Source: an uncultured Phycisphaerales bacterium
GTDB lineage: Bacteria > Planctomycetota > Phycisphaerae > Sedimentisphaerales > Anaerobacaceae
Length of the DNA stretch: 64,000 nt
Direction: 5' to 3'
NCBI GenBank assembly: GCA_963772725.1
Contig: CAVYYI010000002.1
Location: forward strand, 352,001-416,000
Shown here: piece by piece, positions 23,973 through 34,771 of the stretch
How the letters are laid out: every line of letters starts with the position of its first letter
Numbering within the stretch: the first letter of the stretch is position 1
Notes under the pieces: model-generated
What the model saw: the letters and a program-made list of their open reading frames with translations, nothing else
The model's database searches: none
What the model was told of the DNA's origin: nothing
Program-made: the position numbers and the translations under genes

Positions 23973-24279
23973 TTTCAATTTTTGGGGGTGTCTATAAATG
24001 ACGATTGGTCTTAATTACTGCTTAATCCTTTATTTTGTACCAGCTTAGCGGGAGCGTTGCCGCCCATTTTCCCCATCCCTCCACTGTCGTTGACTGTGCC
24101 AAAGACAGACAATATGTTACTATCAGGGTACGGAAGTCTTTATAAGCGGAACTTGGACTAAAAGAACTTGGCGAATTTACTGTTTCAATGATTCGGATTT
24201 GATTTTTGTCAGGGACAGTGGTTTGAATCCCGTTCTTTCCACTATTTTACGATTTAATGTCGGACTATTTATCCTATAA

Positions 24280-25326
24280 TTAGGTTTGTGAAAAATTAAT
24301 TATTTTCTCCGCTATGTCGGATAATGGAGTTATTACCTCCGCAGCGCCTCGGGCGATAGCTTCCTTGGGCATGCCAAAAACAGCACAGGAATCCTCGTCC
24401 TGAGCAATAGTGCGAGAGCCGTTTCTTCGCATGTTTAACAAACCTTCGGCGCCGTCGCTGCCCATACCTGTAAGGATTACTCCGACAGCGTTTGGCCCTG
24501 CGAATTTGGCTACTGAATTGAACATAACTTCGATGCTGGGCTTTTGCCTGCAAACGAGCGGGCCATTTTTAATTGTAACATAGTATTTTGGACCTGAACA
24601 TTGCAGGAGCATGTGAAAGCCTCCCGGTGCAAGCAGAACCTGGCCAGGTATAACGCTGTCTCCATTCTGAGCTTCCTTGACTCTGACCGAACATTCATGG
24701 TCCAGACGCATAGCGAATGAGGCTGTGAACTGGGCCGGCATGTGCTGAACGACCAGGGTTGGTGGTGCATTTTCAGGAAAGGCGGTTAGTATGCGAGTGA
24801 GAGCCTGGACGCCACCGGTCGAAGCCCCGATAGTGATTATCTTATTGGCCTTGTTAGTCATACAGAGTCTTCCCGGCGGCAAGGAACAAGGACCCTGTCT
24901 CATTATGGATTTGTTTATACAAACCTTTGAAGCCATTCTTATTTTTTCACCGAGGAGTTTGCCAATATCGGCTATGTTGTCAGCGGCACCCGGTTTGCAA
25001 ATAACTTCCATCGCGCCGGCTTCAAGTGATTCTATTGCGTTTTTACTGCCTTTTGGCGTTACGGAACTAAGCACGATAACCGGCATCGGATTTTTTTTCA
25101 TCAGTTCCTTCAGGAAAGTTATACCATCCATTCGCGGCATTTCGATATCGAGGGTCAGGACGTCCGGTTTCAGGCTTGCTACCTTATTGAGTGCTATATA
25201 GGTGTTCGGGGCGGTTCCAACAACTTCAATTCCATACTGTTGATTCAATTGCTGTTGCAGTATCTTTCTTATCACAGCCGAATCGTCAACTATCAGAACT
25301 TTGATTTTTTTGCTTAAACCTGTCAC
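24280..25326 (-). CDS. cheB: Chemotaxis response regulator methylesterase
   Basis: REC domain plus GASTGG, VQHMP, LTGMGSDGA. Confidence 0.95.
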   Translation of the reverse strand: MTGLSKKIKVLIVDDSAVIRKILQQQLNQQYGIEVVGTAPNTYIALNKVASLKPDVLTLDIEMPRMDGITFLKELMKKNPMPVIVLSSVTPKGSKNAIESLEAGAMEVICKPGAADNIADIGKLLGEKIRMASKVCINKSIMRQGPCSLPPGRLCMTNKANKIITIGASTGGVQALTRILTAFPENAPPTLVVQHMPAQFTASFAMRLDHECSVRVKEAQNGDSVIPGQVLLAPGGFHMLLQCSGPKYYVTIKNGPLVCRQKPSIEVMFNSVAKFAGPNAVGVILTGMGSDGAEGLLNMRRNGSRTIAQDEDSCAVFGMPKEAIARGAAEVITPLSDIAEKIINFSQT

Positions 25327-25328
25327 GG

Positions 25329-25813
25329 TTATATTTTCTTTTCCATGTTGTTTGATTTAATTTTCACTTCTCCGGTTGATATATCCAGATACATATTGCG
25401 AGGGACGGAGCCGCCTACGTCGTTTGCGTTTATAAGCATACGATTTTTCCATAATATCTGCCGGATAGCCAGAAGATTCCTTTTGCCTATATCAAATCCT
25501 TTGGGGCTTATATCCATAATTGCACCGCCTGCTATTTTTACCTCCATTTTTTTCCTTTCGGCTCCAATTGTGAGTATTTTCTGCATCAGGATTTCAAAGC
25601 CGCTGTCGGACAAACATCAACGGTTTTTCCCTGGCCCGGTCTATATCCATTTTTGAGCTCGGGAGTTGATAGTGCAGCATTCCACCTACGTGATTAAACG
25701 GGTCATAGAGACAGACGCCGACACAGGAACCCAGAGAGTACGTCGTTAAAATATCCTCCGGATTTGAGCTTACTCTAATATCAGATATACCCACTACTAG
25801 ACATTTTCGGCAT
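25329..25813 (-). CDS. cheD: Chemoreceptor deamidase (frameshift near 25610)
   Basis: TYSLGSCVGVCLYDP..GGMLHYQLP; KIAGGA..DIGKRN..DVGG. Confidence 0.9.
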
Positions 25814-25822
25814 ATTTTAATC

Positions 25823-26674
25823 CTATGGCTTCCAGTATATAGTTGGTTTAATATAATGAAATTTGTGTTCAATTCCCGTTAATGATTCCGAATGGCCTGT
25901 AAATAAAAGCCCGCCTGAATTCAGCAGGTCCCAAAAACGATTTACCAGTCTTTGCTGAGTTTGTTTGTCAAAGTATATCATCACGTTGCGACAAAAGATG
26001 AAATCGACGGGGCCTTTAATGGGCCATTGTTTTATCAGGTTCAAATACTGAAAGATTACAACTTTTCTCAGGTTTTCATTTACTTCGAATACTTTTCTGT
26101 TCTTTATTTTATGAGCCGTCAGATATTTGTCTTTGTATTCTGACCAAACGGGGATTATCCTCTCTTTTTCATAAAAACCTTTGCGGGCGGTTTCAAGCAT
26201 TCTCGTTGAGACGTCAGTAGCCAGGACTTTTACGTCCCAGTCGCCTAATTCCCTGGTTGTTTCAATGAGGGTAATTGCTATTGAGTATGGCTCCTCTCCC
26301 GATGAGCATCCCGCACTCCAGGCGCGAATCCTGCGATTGCCGTTTTTTTGCTTTTGTTTCGCCAGTTGAGGCAGAAACTCCTTCTGCAGGTAGTCGAAGT
26401 GCTGCTTTTCGCGAAAGAAACTTGTCAGATTAGTGCTAATAGCATTAATAAGTTTTGAAAATTCTGTTCCGCTCTTATCTTCGTGAACGTGTTCCATATA
26501 TTCGGAAAACGTGCTGAAATTTCCCTTTCGCAATAATTTTGCCAGACGCGCGCGCACAAGTTCCTTTTTACCCTCATGCAGATTAATCCCGCAGTGGCTG
26601 TGAACAAGGTTGCTGATTTTGCGAAAGTCTTTTTCGCTTAAAACCAGCTTTTGCATTGTTAATGGTTGTATCAT
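25823..26674 (-). CDS. cheR: Chemotaxis methyltransferase
   Basis: TNLTSFFRE, WSAGCSSGEEPYSIA, IFCRNVMIYF, GHSESL. Confidence 0.95.
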   Translation of the reverse strand: MIQPLTMQKLVLSEKDFRKISNLVHSHCGINLHEGKKELVRARLAKLLRKGNFSTFSEYMEHVHEDKSGTEFSKLINAISTNLTSFFREKQHFDYLQKEFLPQLAKQKQKNGNRRIRAWSAGCSSGEEPYSIAITLIETTRELGDWDVKVLATDVSTRMLETARKGFYEKERIIPVWSEYKDKYLTAHKIKNRKVFEVNENLRKVVIFQYLNLIKQWPIKGPVDFIFCRNVMIYFDKQTQQRLVNRFWDLLNSGGLLFTGHSESLTGIEHKFHYIKPTIYWKP

Positions 26675-26692
26675 AAATAAATCACAAAAAAA

Positions 26693-28735
26693 TTAACTCC
26701 GGGATATTTTCATCAAACCTGGGACATCAAGTATTAAACTGACCTTACCGTTTCCCATAATTGCCCCGCCGGAAATTCCTTCAACTGTTCCCAGGCTGTC
26801 ACCGAGGCTCTTTATCACTACCTGCTGCTGACCTAACAGTTCGTCAGCCGCAAGACAGTATTTTTTATTTTCATCTTCTACGATAATCAGCAGCGATTCA
26901 GTGAGGTTTTCAGAAGCCGGAGTAATGCCGAATAATTTATGAAGACGAATAATCAGGAGCAGTTCATCGTCAACAATTGCCATTTCTCCCCTGTTGCAAA
27001 CGGAGGAAAGCTGTTTTGTGTCCGGCCTGAAGCTTCGTATCACTGAGTGCGTTGGGATAACGTAGCAGTCTTTGCCTACCCGGACAATTTGACCGTCAAT
27101 TATCGCCAGGGTTAACGGCAAAGTGATTGTAAAGACGGTTTCCTGACCCTCTGTGGAGCTGATATCGATTTTGCCTTTTAATGATTCGATGTTCTTTTTG
27201 ACAATGCTCATACCCATACCGCGCCCGGATACGTTTGTTACCTTTTCGGCAGTCGAAAGTCCGGCGCTGAAAATTAATTTATAAATTTCCTCATCGGCAA
27301 GTTTGGCGTCTGCTTCGACAATGCCGCTGTCTATCGCTTTTTTAAGGATGAGATTTTTATCAAGACCTTTGCCGTCGTCTCTGATTTTGATAAAGATTTT
27401 GCCGCTGCCGCCGAAAGCTCGCAGTTCTATCGCAGCGGCGGGATTTTTTCCTGCTTCGCGACGCTGCTGCGGCGATTCGATACCGTGGTCGATGCAATTT
27501 CGTATCATGTGAACAAGCGGGTCGGCAATTTTATCCACAATGGTGCGGTCCAGTTCTGTCTCTCCGCCAGAAGTGATAAAGTTAACCTCTTTGCCATCTT
27601 TATGTGAGAGGTCTCGAACCAATCTTGCCATTTTTCCAAAGACTCTGTCTATCGGAACCATTCGCATTGCCATTGACAGTTCCTGCAATTCCCGGATTAT
27701 CTTGCCCTGATGTGCTGTTTTTTGAATCAAACTCTGGCTCTGACCCGGTGTCGAATTAAATTCCTCTGCCAGCATTAACTGGGCGATTACCAATTCACCC
27801 ACCATATTTACAAGGTTGTCGAGGCGTGCGGTTTTGACCTTAATATTTTCGTCTATGTCCCTTGTGTAAACCGTATCGGAATACTGCTGCTCTGTTGGCT
27901 GGCTGAGTATTTGTGCCGATTCCAAGTTTTTGTTTGTTCTTCCGCTTGTCTCTTTGAATTCGGAATTATTTTGGGAGTCATCAGAAGTTCGTTTTTCCGC
28001 ACATGCCTGTAATTTCGCAAGTAATTGTTCCAGGTTTTGATATGGGGATAAAGCTTCATTGGTTTCCCCTGATTTTTTAAGCTCAGCGACCATTTTTTTC
28101 ATCGCGTCGATTGATTCAAATACAACGTTAATATTTTCCCCATCCAAAGTAAGCTCTTCTTTGCGGGCGCTATCGAGGAGGCTTTCTGCCAGATGAGACA
28201 ACTGTCCTATATTATTTAAGTTTAAAAAGCCGGCAACTCCCTTTATAGTATGAAATGCCAGGAATATCCTCTCTATCAGTTCTTTGTTGTGCGGGTTGTT
28301 TTCGAGTTCAAGCAGGGCGGCTTCAGAATTTTCTATGTGTTCATTGGCCTCCGCGATAAAATCAAGAATCAGAGGTATATCATCTTTTTTAATCGCTACA
28401 ATATCCTGCGATATATTTTCGCTGTCAGCCTGACTGGTCTGATTGATTAAATTCTGAACTTGCGTAATCGCGTTTGATATTTCCTCTATCGATTTGGCAG
28501 TTTTACCGGCCTCATTGCCGGGTATTTTCCGCAAAACTCCTATTGCGTCACGGATGCTGTTCCCGGCCTGTTGCAACAATTCAGCGGGGTATTCGTGCAT
28601 CTGGTCGATTGCACTGACTATTTGATTACAAGTCTTTTCCAGGTTTGTAAGTTCCGATAAGTCTGTCGGGCTGACAATGTTTATTGCCAACGCCGCTTTT
28701 TCCAGCAACTCAAAAATTTTATCGGTCGTTTGCAT
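26693..28735 (-). CDS. cheA: Chemotaxis histidine kinase with extra N-terminal helical region
   Basis: Hpt FHTIKG, LDNLVNMVGELVI, HMIRNCIDHG, SGRGMGM, C-terminal CheW domain. Confidence 0.95.
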   Translation of the reverse strand: MQTTDKIFELLEKAALAINIVSPTDLSELTNLEKTCNQIVSAIDQMHEYPAELLQQAGNSIRDAIGVLRKIPGNEAGKTAKSIEEISNAITQVQNLINQTSQADSENISQDIVAIKKDDIPLILDFIAEANEHIENSEAALLELENNPHNKELIERIFLAFHTIKGVAGFLNLNNIGQLSHLAESLLDSARKEELTLDGENINVVFESIDAMKKMVAELKKSGETNEALSPYQNLEQLLAKLQACAEKRTSDDSQNNSEFKETSGRTNKNLESAQILSQPTEQQYSDTVYTRDIDENIKVKTARLDNLVNMVGELVIAQLMLAEEFNSTPGQSQSLIQKTAHQGKIIRELQELSMAMRMVPIDRVFGKMARLVRDLSHKDGKEVNFITSGGETELDRTIVDKIADPLVHMIRNCIDHGIESPQQRREAGKNPAAAIELRAFGGSGKIFIKIRDDGKGLDKNLILKKAIDSGIVEADAKLADEEIYKLIFSAGLSTAEKVTNVSGRGMGMSIVKKNIESLKGKIDISSTEGQETVFTITLPLTLAIIDGQIVRVGKDCYVIPTHSVIRSFRPDTKQLSSVCNRGEMAIVDDELLLIIRLHKLFGITPASENLTESLLIIVEDENKKYCLAADELLGQQQVVIKSLGDSLGTVEGISGGAIMGNGKVSLILDVPGLMKISRS

Positions 28736-28805
28736 CTATTGCCTCTGTATTACAAATAACTCTGCTCTTGACGCTTTTTGGGGTTAAAAATGCGGGTTAA
28801 GAAAG

Positions 28806-29285
28806 TTAATTCCGTGTTTCTCTGTAAAGCAATGAAAGTTCGGCGATATGTTCATCCTGGATATTGACTTTGACCAGGAATCTTTCCGCGCCATCGCCGA
28901 GATTATTTTTGAGTTCCCTGCCGGTGGTTACCGAAGGTATGGAAACTTTCAGTTTGCCGACTTGGTCCTGTAAAAGCGATTCTATCTTGCCCATAATCAT
29001 ATTTGTGATTTCACCAAGTGCGTCACATATTTCATTATTACTGAGCGATTTATCAGGTTCCGTTCCGAGCATAGCTGCTGCAATATCATTTGCACAGGAG
29101 GTGCTGCAGCAAATCCCGATGCACCCTTCGATGTTTCCTTCAAAAGTAAGAGTGCCTAATAAGGCGTCGCTTTTTATTTCCTGCTCCGGTTCGGAAGATT
29201 CGTCAAGGTCCATAAATATCATTGTTTCGAACACTTCTTTTGCGCTGTCCAGTATAACTTCTTTGAAACTTACTGTATTAATCAT
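28806..29285 (-). CDS. cheX: CheX-family phosphatase
   Basis: DALGEITNMIMG (ExxN) and SIPSVTTG. Confidence 0.85.
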   Translation of the reverse strand: MINTVSFKEVILDSAKEVFETMIFMDLDESSEPEQEIKSDALLGTLTFEGNIEGCIGICCSTSCANDIAAAMLGTEPDKSLSNNEICDALGEITNMIMGKIESLLQDQVGKLKVSIPSVTTGRELKNNLGDGAERFLVKVNIQDEHIAELSLLYRETRN

Positions 29286-29338
29286 AATTAAGTCCTTAAC
29301 TACTGTTTATCGTATTAATACAAATCGTCAGGACGGCA

Positions 29339-29722
29339 TTACATAAATAACGAAAGCTTTTCCTGAAATTTTTCCGGTGTGAAAGGCTTTGTGATATACC
29401 CGTCGGCGCCGTCGGCGATAACATCATCGATGCAGTTCTGGCAACTCTCGGCGGAAACCATTATTATCTTGGTATCCGCACAGGATGGTATTTCTTCGCG
29501 TAACTTTTTTACCAGTTCCACACCGCTCATTCCAGGCATGTTTATATCGCACAAAATAATATCAACAGGTTCTGTTTCGAGTTTTTCCAAAGCCTCAACT
29601 GCGCTGCAGGCTTCTACCATACGGCTAAAGTCCAGGCCACACATTGAAATAATACGTGTTATTATTTTCCGCATTGTTGTTGAGTCATCCACAACCATTA
29701 ATGACTTAGGCATAATTTTCAT
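29339..29722 (-). CDS. cheY: Single-domain response regulator
   Basis: VVDDS, DINMPGMSG, KPFT. Confidence 0.85.
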   Translation of the reverse strand: MKIMPKSLMVVDDSTTMRKIITRIISMCGLDFSRMVEACSAVEALEKLETEPVDIILCDINMPGMSGVELVKKLREEIPSCADTKIIMVSAESCQNCIDDVIADGADGYITKPFTPEKFQEKLSLFM

Positions 29723-30004
29723 CCTATTATTTTAACGTTAACTATTTCGCATATCCTTCTATCGTTCTATCGTTAAATATCAATCCATGCTTTAAAACTT
29801 TCTGGTACCAAAGATTGTTTATCTGTCCTGTATCCAAATAAAGTGATTTCCAGGTTAACCGGCAGTTGGAAAGTGACGAAATACTTTTGAACTGTTGTTT
29901 ATAAAATATCTATAATTCAGGCAGCATGTGTTTTATCAAAGATTGGCCGGCTAATACTTGAATTATTATCGGCACAAAGCAATGTACTTAAAGGAGCAGT
30001 AATT

Positions 30005-30514
30005 ATGACTGGGACAAAGAATCAAGCCTTGCAGTCTTATCAGGGCGAATTAAGCGGAAAGGATAAATATCTGACCTTTGCTCTTGCCAATGAAGAATAC
30101 GGCATAGAGATATTAAAAGTGCGTGAGATTATCAGATATGCGGATATAACAACTGTCCCGCGGACACCAAATTATGTAAAAGGCGTAATAAATCTGCGGG
30201 GACGTATCATACCAGTTATCGATCTGCGAGCTAAATTTGGATTGGAAAAAGTCAATATAACCAAAGAAACCTGTATCATTATCGTAGAAATAACCAATGG
30301 GAGCCGAAAATTCAATACCGGCATTATGGTCGATTCCGTACAGGAGGTGCTGGATATAACCGGCGACAGTATCGAGGAATCGCCCCAGTTCGGCTCTTCT
30401 GTCAATACAGATTTCATATTAGGCATGGGCAAAGTCGGCGAATCCGTGAAAATACTGCTCAATATCGACAAAGTGCTTGACAACAGTGAAATTGAAAAAT
30501 TAGCACAAGCTTAG
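30005..30514 (+). CDS. cheW: Chemotaxis coupling protein
   Basis: KYLTFAL..EYGIEILKVREII..GVINLRGRIIPVIDLR. Confidence 0.95.
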   Translation: MTGTKNQALQSYQGELSGKDKYLTFALANEEYGIEILKVREIIRYADITTVPRTPNYVKGVINLRGRIIPVIDLRAKFGLEKVNITKETCIIIVEITNGSRKFNTGIMVDSVQEVLDITGDSIEESPQFGSSVNTDFILGMGKVGESVKILLNIDKVLDNSEIEKLAQA

Positions 30515-30571
30515 CAAAGAAAAAAGCATTCTATAAAAAGTATCTGGCAAATAGTATTTAAGGAGAAAAAA

Positions 30572-32749
30572 ATGAAGAAGCACATAAAATTGAGAACAAA
30601 GCTGATAGGCACAGGCATACTGGTAACAATAGTGCCATTGTTAATTGTATCAGCAGTAACATTCATAGGAAACCAAAAAATGTTTAAGGTTGCAGAAAAA
30701 TCAGCTACCGAACTTTCTTATGCCGACCTTAACCATATGGTTGAGAACATATACGGAATGTGTGCTAATCATGCGGAGTTTCTAAAACAGCATATGAACC
30801 GGTGTCTTTCGGCAGCTCATGAGATTCTTTTAAGTAAAAATGAAATATCCGAGTCCAACGCAACGGCAAACTGGGAAGCAGTTAATCAGTATACCAAGTC
30901 TTCAACAAAAATTGAGCTTCCGAAAATTATGGTCAGCGGCGAGTGGCTGGGCCAAAATACCGATATCAGCAAAAAATCCCCGATTGTTGACACGATATAT
31001 AACCTGACTGGAGCGACCTGCACAATTTTCCAGCGAATGAATAACGCAGGTGATATGCTGCGAATCTGCACTAATGTGCCGACAAAAGACGGCAAACGGG
31101 CAATAGGGACATATATACCGAGAACCAATCCGGACGGACAAGCGAATCCTGTTATTTCCGCGGTGCTGAACGGAGAGAAATACAGCGGCAAAGCTTTTGT
31201 TGTGGACCAATGGTATATTGCGGCATATGAACCTATTTTCAACAGCAACAAGAATGTAATCGGCATGCTCTATGTCGGTATTCCGCAGAATAGTACCACT
31301 ACTTTGCGAAAAGTGATTATGAATTTAAAAGTCGGAAAGACAGGTTATGTTTATGTCTTGGATTCAACGGGACAGTATGTTATTTCCAAAGACGGCAAGC
31401 GTGACGGTGAAAACATCTGGGAAACCAAGGATACAAGCGGAACGCTTTTCATTCAGGAAATATGTAAGAAGGCATTGGCTCTAAAGCAGGATGAAATAGC
31501 CGAACAGCGATACCCATGGAAAAACGAAGGAGACGAAACAGCCCGTGAAAAAATTGTGCGTATAAAGTATTTCGAGCCATGGGACTGGATAATCGGGGTC
31601 GGTTCATATACTGATGAGTTCTATGAAGCAATAAACCAGACTACTGCTATAGGAAGACAGAACAAGTTTATTCTTTCCATTGTCTGCAGCATAACATTAA
31701 TCATCGCCATACTTATCTGGTGGTTTATATCCAATGGGCTGATAACAAGAATTACCAAAGTTATCAGTCAGCTTGTCGATGGAGCTGAGCAGGTGGCTTC
31801 GGCATCCGGCCAAGTGTCCGCCGCTTCCCAGTCATTGGCAGAAGGCGCTACTGAGCAGGCGGCAGGTTTGGAAGAGACATCGAGCAGTCTTGAAGAGATG
31901 TCGTCTATGACAAAGCAGAACGCCGAGAGCCTCAAAAGGCCAATGTTTTAGCTGCTGAGGCTCGTAAGGCAGCAAATGAAGGCACCAAAGCTATGAGCAG
32001 AATGAACCAGGCTATTGGGCAGATACAGCAGGGTTCGAATGAGACTGCCAGGATTGTCAAGGTAATTGATGAGATAGCGTTTCAGACGAATCTGCTTGCT
32101 CTTAATGCCGCTGTCGAAGCTGCCCGCGCAGGCGAGTCGGGCAAGGGTTTTGCGGTTGTTGCCGAAGAGGTTCGAAATCTTGCGAAACGTTCGGCGGAAG
32201 CGGCAAAGAATACTTCAAATATGATAGAAGAATCCGTAAAGAACGCTAAAAGCGGCGTAGATATAGCAAATGAGGTCGGTAAGGTGTTTAATGAGATAGT
32301 GACGGGGATTGGTAAGACGACCGACCTTGTAAGCGAAATTGCAACTGCGTCACAGGAGCAGGCACAGGGTATCGACCAGATTAATACCGCCGTAGCGCAG
32401 ATGGATAAAATCACGCAGCAAAATGCGGCAAATGCCGAAGAAAGCGCAGAGCCTCCGAAGAACTTAGCGCCCGGCGGAATCGGTGAAAGGGGTAGTCGAT
32501 GAATTGCTTGCACTTGTATGTGGCCTGACGAAATCCGAGGACGGATTAGATAACTCAGCAAAAGGCCATCACAAGACAGGCAAAAGTTCAGGTAAATGGT
32601 CGATGACCGACCATCTCTTTCACGACATAATTGATAAGAAAGCGCAGAAGCAAAAAAACGTCATGAGCGATAAGATAAAAGTGAAAAAAATTATCGCCGG
32701 TGATGATGGAGATTATGACAAAGAAGGTTTTAAAGAATTCAACTCCTGA
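30572..32749 (+). CDS. Methyl-accepting chemotaxis protein with Cache sensor domains (frameshifts near 31930 and 32460)
   Basis: TM-Cache-TM, then [24 protein letters not shown]. Confidence 0.9.
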
Positions 32750-32772
32750 TATTTGGGTGGCTAGATATGATA

Positions 32773-32810
32773 ATGCCCCAGTCCGGCCAAGCCAGGCTGG
32801 GGCATTTTTA
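32773..32810 (+). terminator. Rho-independent terminator
   Basis: AATGCCCCAG..CTGGGGCATT stem with T-run. Confidence 0.7.
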
Positions 32811-33153
32811 ATGGATACCTGCTTTCGCAGGTATGACAACCCAAAAAGATTGTATTCTACAAAGCACTTTTAAAACTCAAAACCGTCAATTGCTCTGTGT
32901 TTCCACAGCAATAATTCACCCAATCCAAGCAGCAAAAGCGTCGCTATTTCAGGAAGCCAAAGCCCGACAACAGTCGCTCCGAACGAATGTGAAGAGCCTG
33001 CTAAAACAGCGACCGCGCAGCGGTCTTCAATTTATTGAAAGAAGGCGGGGTTGCAATCGCACCTTACAAAACTTTTAGCGATATTAGACCGCTTCGCTAT
33101 CAGCGACCAAAATGCAGTTTTTCGCGAACGTGTACAAAATAATTATGTGTTCT

Positions 33154-34758
33154 TTACACAGAAACAACTAAATGCTTTTTAGGAAATAGCGGCCAATCTT
33201 CTTTATGAAGTTCAACTGTTCTTTGAAAAGCCTCAACGACGTCCGGGTCAAAATATATACCGGAGTATGCATCAATTTCTTTAGCCGCAGCCTCTTTCGA
33301 TTGAGCATTGGAATAAATGCGGTCGGAAGTGATTGAGTCAAAGGTGTCAGCTACCCTCAGAATCCGGGCGCCAATAGGTATCTCTTTACCTTTCAATCCG
33401 CCCGGATAGCCGGTGCCATCGTAGTTTTCATGATGATGTTTAATTATACTCAGCTCATGTTTAAAAAACGTAAGTGGGGCTAATATTTTCGCGGCCGCTT
33501 CAGAATGTTTTGTAATTATATAACGCTCCTGCTCAGTTAACGGCGATGTTTTTCCCAGAATATTTTTAGGAATGCTTATTTTACCAAGGTCGTGCAATAA
33601 AGCGGCGGTATGAATGCGTTCAATCAGCTCTGCGGATAAGCCCATTTCTTCGGCTATCGCAACAGCATAGATTTGTACATTATCGGCATGATGAAGCAGA
33701 TAAGGGTCATTCAGGGCCAAATCTATCGTTTTGGCAAACGCCGATATTGTTCCTTTGGCGTGTGATTGCAATTGTCTTGCTAGGGACGAGACTTTTGCCT
33801 GCATTTCCCTGTATTCCCGGCTTTCCGACTGTTCCAAATCTTCGTCAGGATTTATCTGACTCCAGCCGATAACACAGTTTCTCCCTCTTTTCTTGGCGGC
33901 ATAAAGCGCCGCATCTGCCTTTTCAATAAGGTCATTTGAGTCTATAAAGTTATTCGGGTCAACACTGACAAAGCCGATGCTGGTAGTAACGGATACACTC
34001 TGGTTAGAAATTTTCCATTGCCATCGGTCAATAATACTTCTCAATCTCTCGGCTGCCTGAGCGGCTTTTTCGAAAGATGTCGCGGGCATCAGGATGATAA
34101 ATTCTTCGCCGCCATAACGGGCCGCCACATCGAGCGGGTAAATATTTTCCTGAAGAATTTTTCCCATTTGCTTCAAAATTGCGTCACCACCGAGGTGCCC
34201 GTAGGTATCATTTATGCTCTTGAAATGGTCAAGGTCTAATATCATTGCCGATAAGTCATTGCCGCTTATCCTGGCCTGCAGTATTTCGCGTTCAAGTATA
34301 TCAATAAAAGACCGGCGATTAGCCAAACCTGTCAGCTCATCTGTGTTCGCCAGAGAAAGCAGCTTTTCCTGCATTTCTATCATTTGCAGTACCAGGCTGA
34401 TGCGTGCCATAAGTTCACCCTTATTAAAAGGCTTGGTGATGTAGTCAATGGCCCCCATCTCCAAACCTGCAATTTTGTCACACGGCTGGTCCTTGGAAGA
34501 AACAAATATAACCGGAATTGAGGATGTGCGGGTATCTGACTTTAGCCTTTTGCATGCCTCGAATCCATCGATGCCTGGCATCATAATATCCAGCAGAATT
34601 AAATCGGGATGCTGATTTATGGCCAGCTCTATTCCCTGCAAAGCATCAATAGCGGTAAGAGCTGATAGTCCCATTTGTTCCAGATGCGTTCTGAGTAAAA
34701 TAAGATTGGGCTGATTGTCGTCGATAGCCAGTATTTTTCGCTTTTTTTTACTTTCCAT
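33154..34758 (-). CDS. REC-GGDEF-HD-GYP c-di-GMP enzyme
   Basis: DIMMPGIDG; RYGGEEF; HDLGK..HHENYDGTGYP; start placed at MESKKK. Confidence 0.9.
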   Translation of the reverse strand: MESKKKRKILAIDDNQPNLILLRTHLEQMGLSALTAIDALQGIELAINQHPDLILLDIMMPGIDGFEACKRLKSDTRTSSIPVIFVSSKDQPCDKIAGLEMGAIDYITKPFNKGELMARISLVLQMIEMQEKLLSLANTDELTGLANRRSFIDILEREILQARISGNDLSAMILDLDHFKSINDTYGHLGGDAILKQMGKILQENIYPLDVAARYGGEEFIILMPATSFEKAAQAAERLRSIIDRWQWKISNQSVSVTTSIGFVSVDPNNFIDSNDLIEKADAALYAAKKRGRNCVIGWSQINPDEDLEQSESREYREMQAKVSSLARQLQSHAKGTISAFAKTIDLALNDPYLLHHADNVQIYAVAIAEEMGLSAELIERIHTAALLHDLGKISIPKNILGKTSPLTEQERYIITKHSEAAAKILAPLTFFKHELSIIKHHHENYDGTGYPGGLKGKEIPIGARILRVADTFDSITSDRIYSNAQSKEAAAKEIDAYSGIYFDPDVVEAFQRTVELHKEDWPLFPKKHLVVSV

Positions 34759-34771
34759 ATATTTTTCCGAC

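Noticed and set aside
24205..24245. tRNA-like 3' end GGTTTGAATCCCGTTCTTTCCACTA
   Set aside because: No cloverleaf and a poor T-stem; may be a decayed att remnant but cannot be supported.
32833..33135. Possible IS remnant or 81-aa ORF between the MCP and GGDEF genes
   Set aside because: No recognisable transposase motif or paired IRs.
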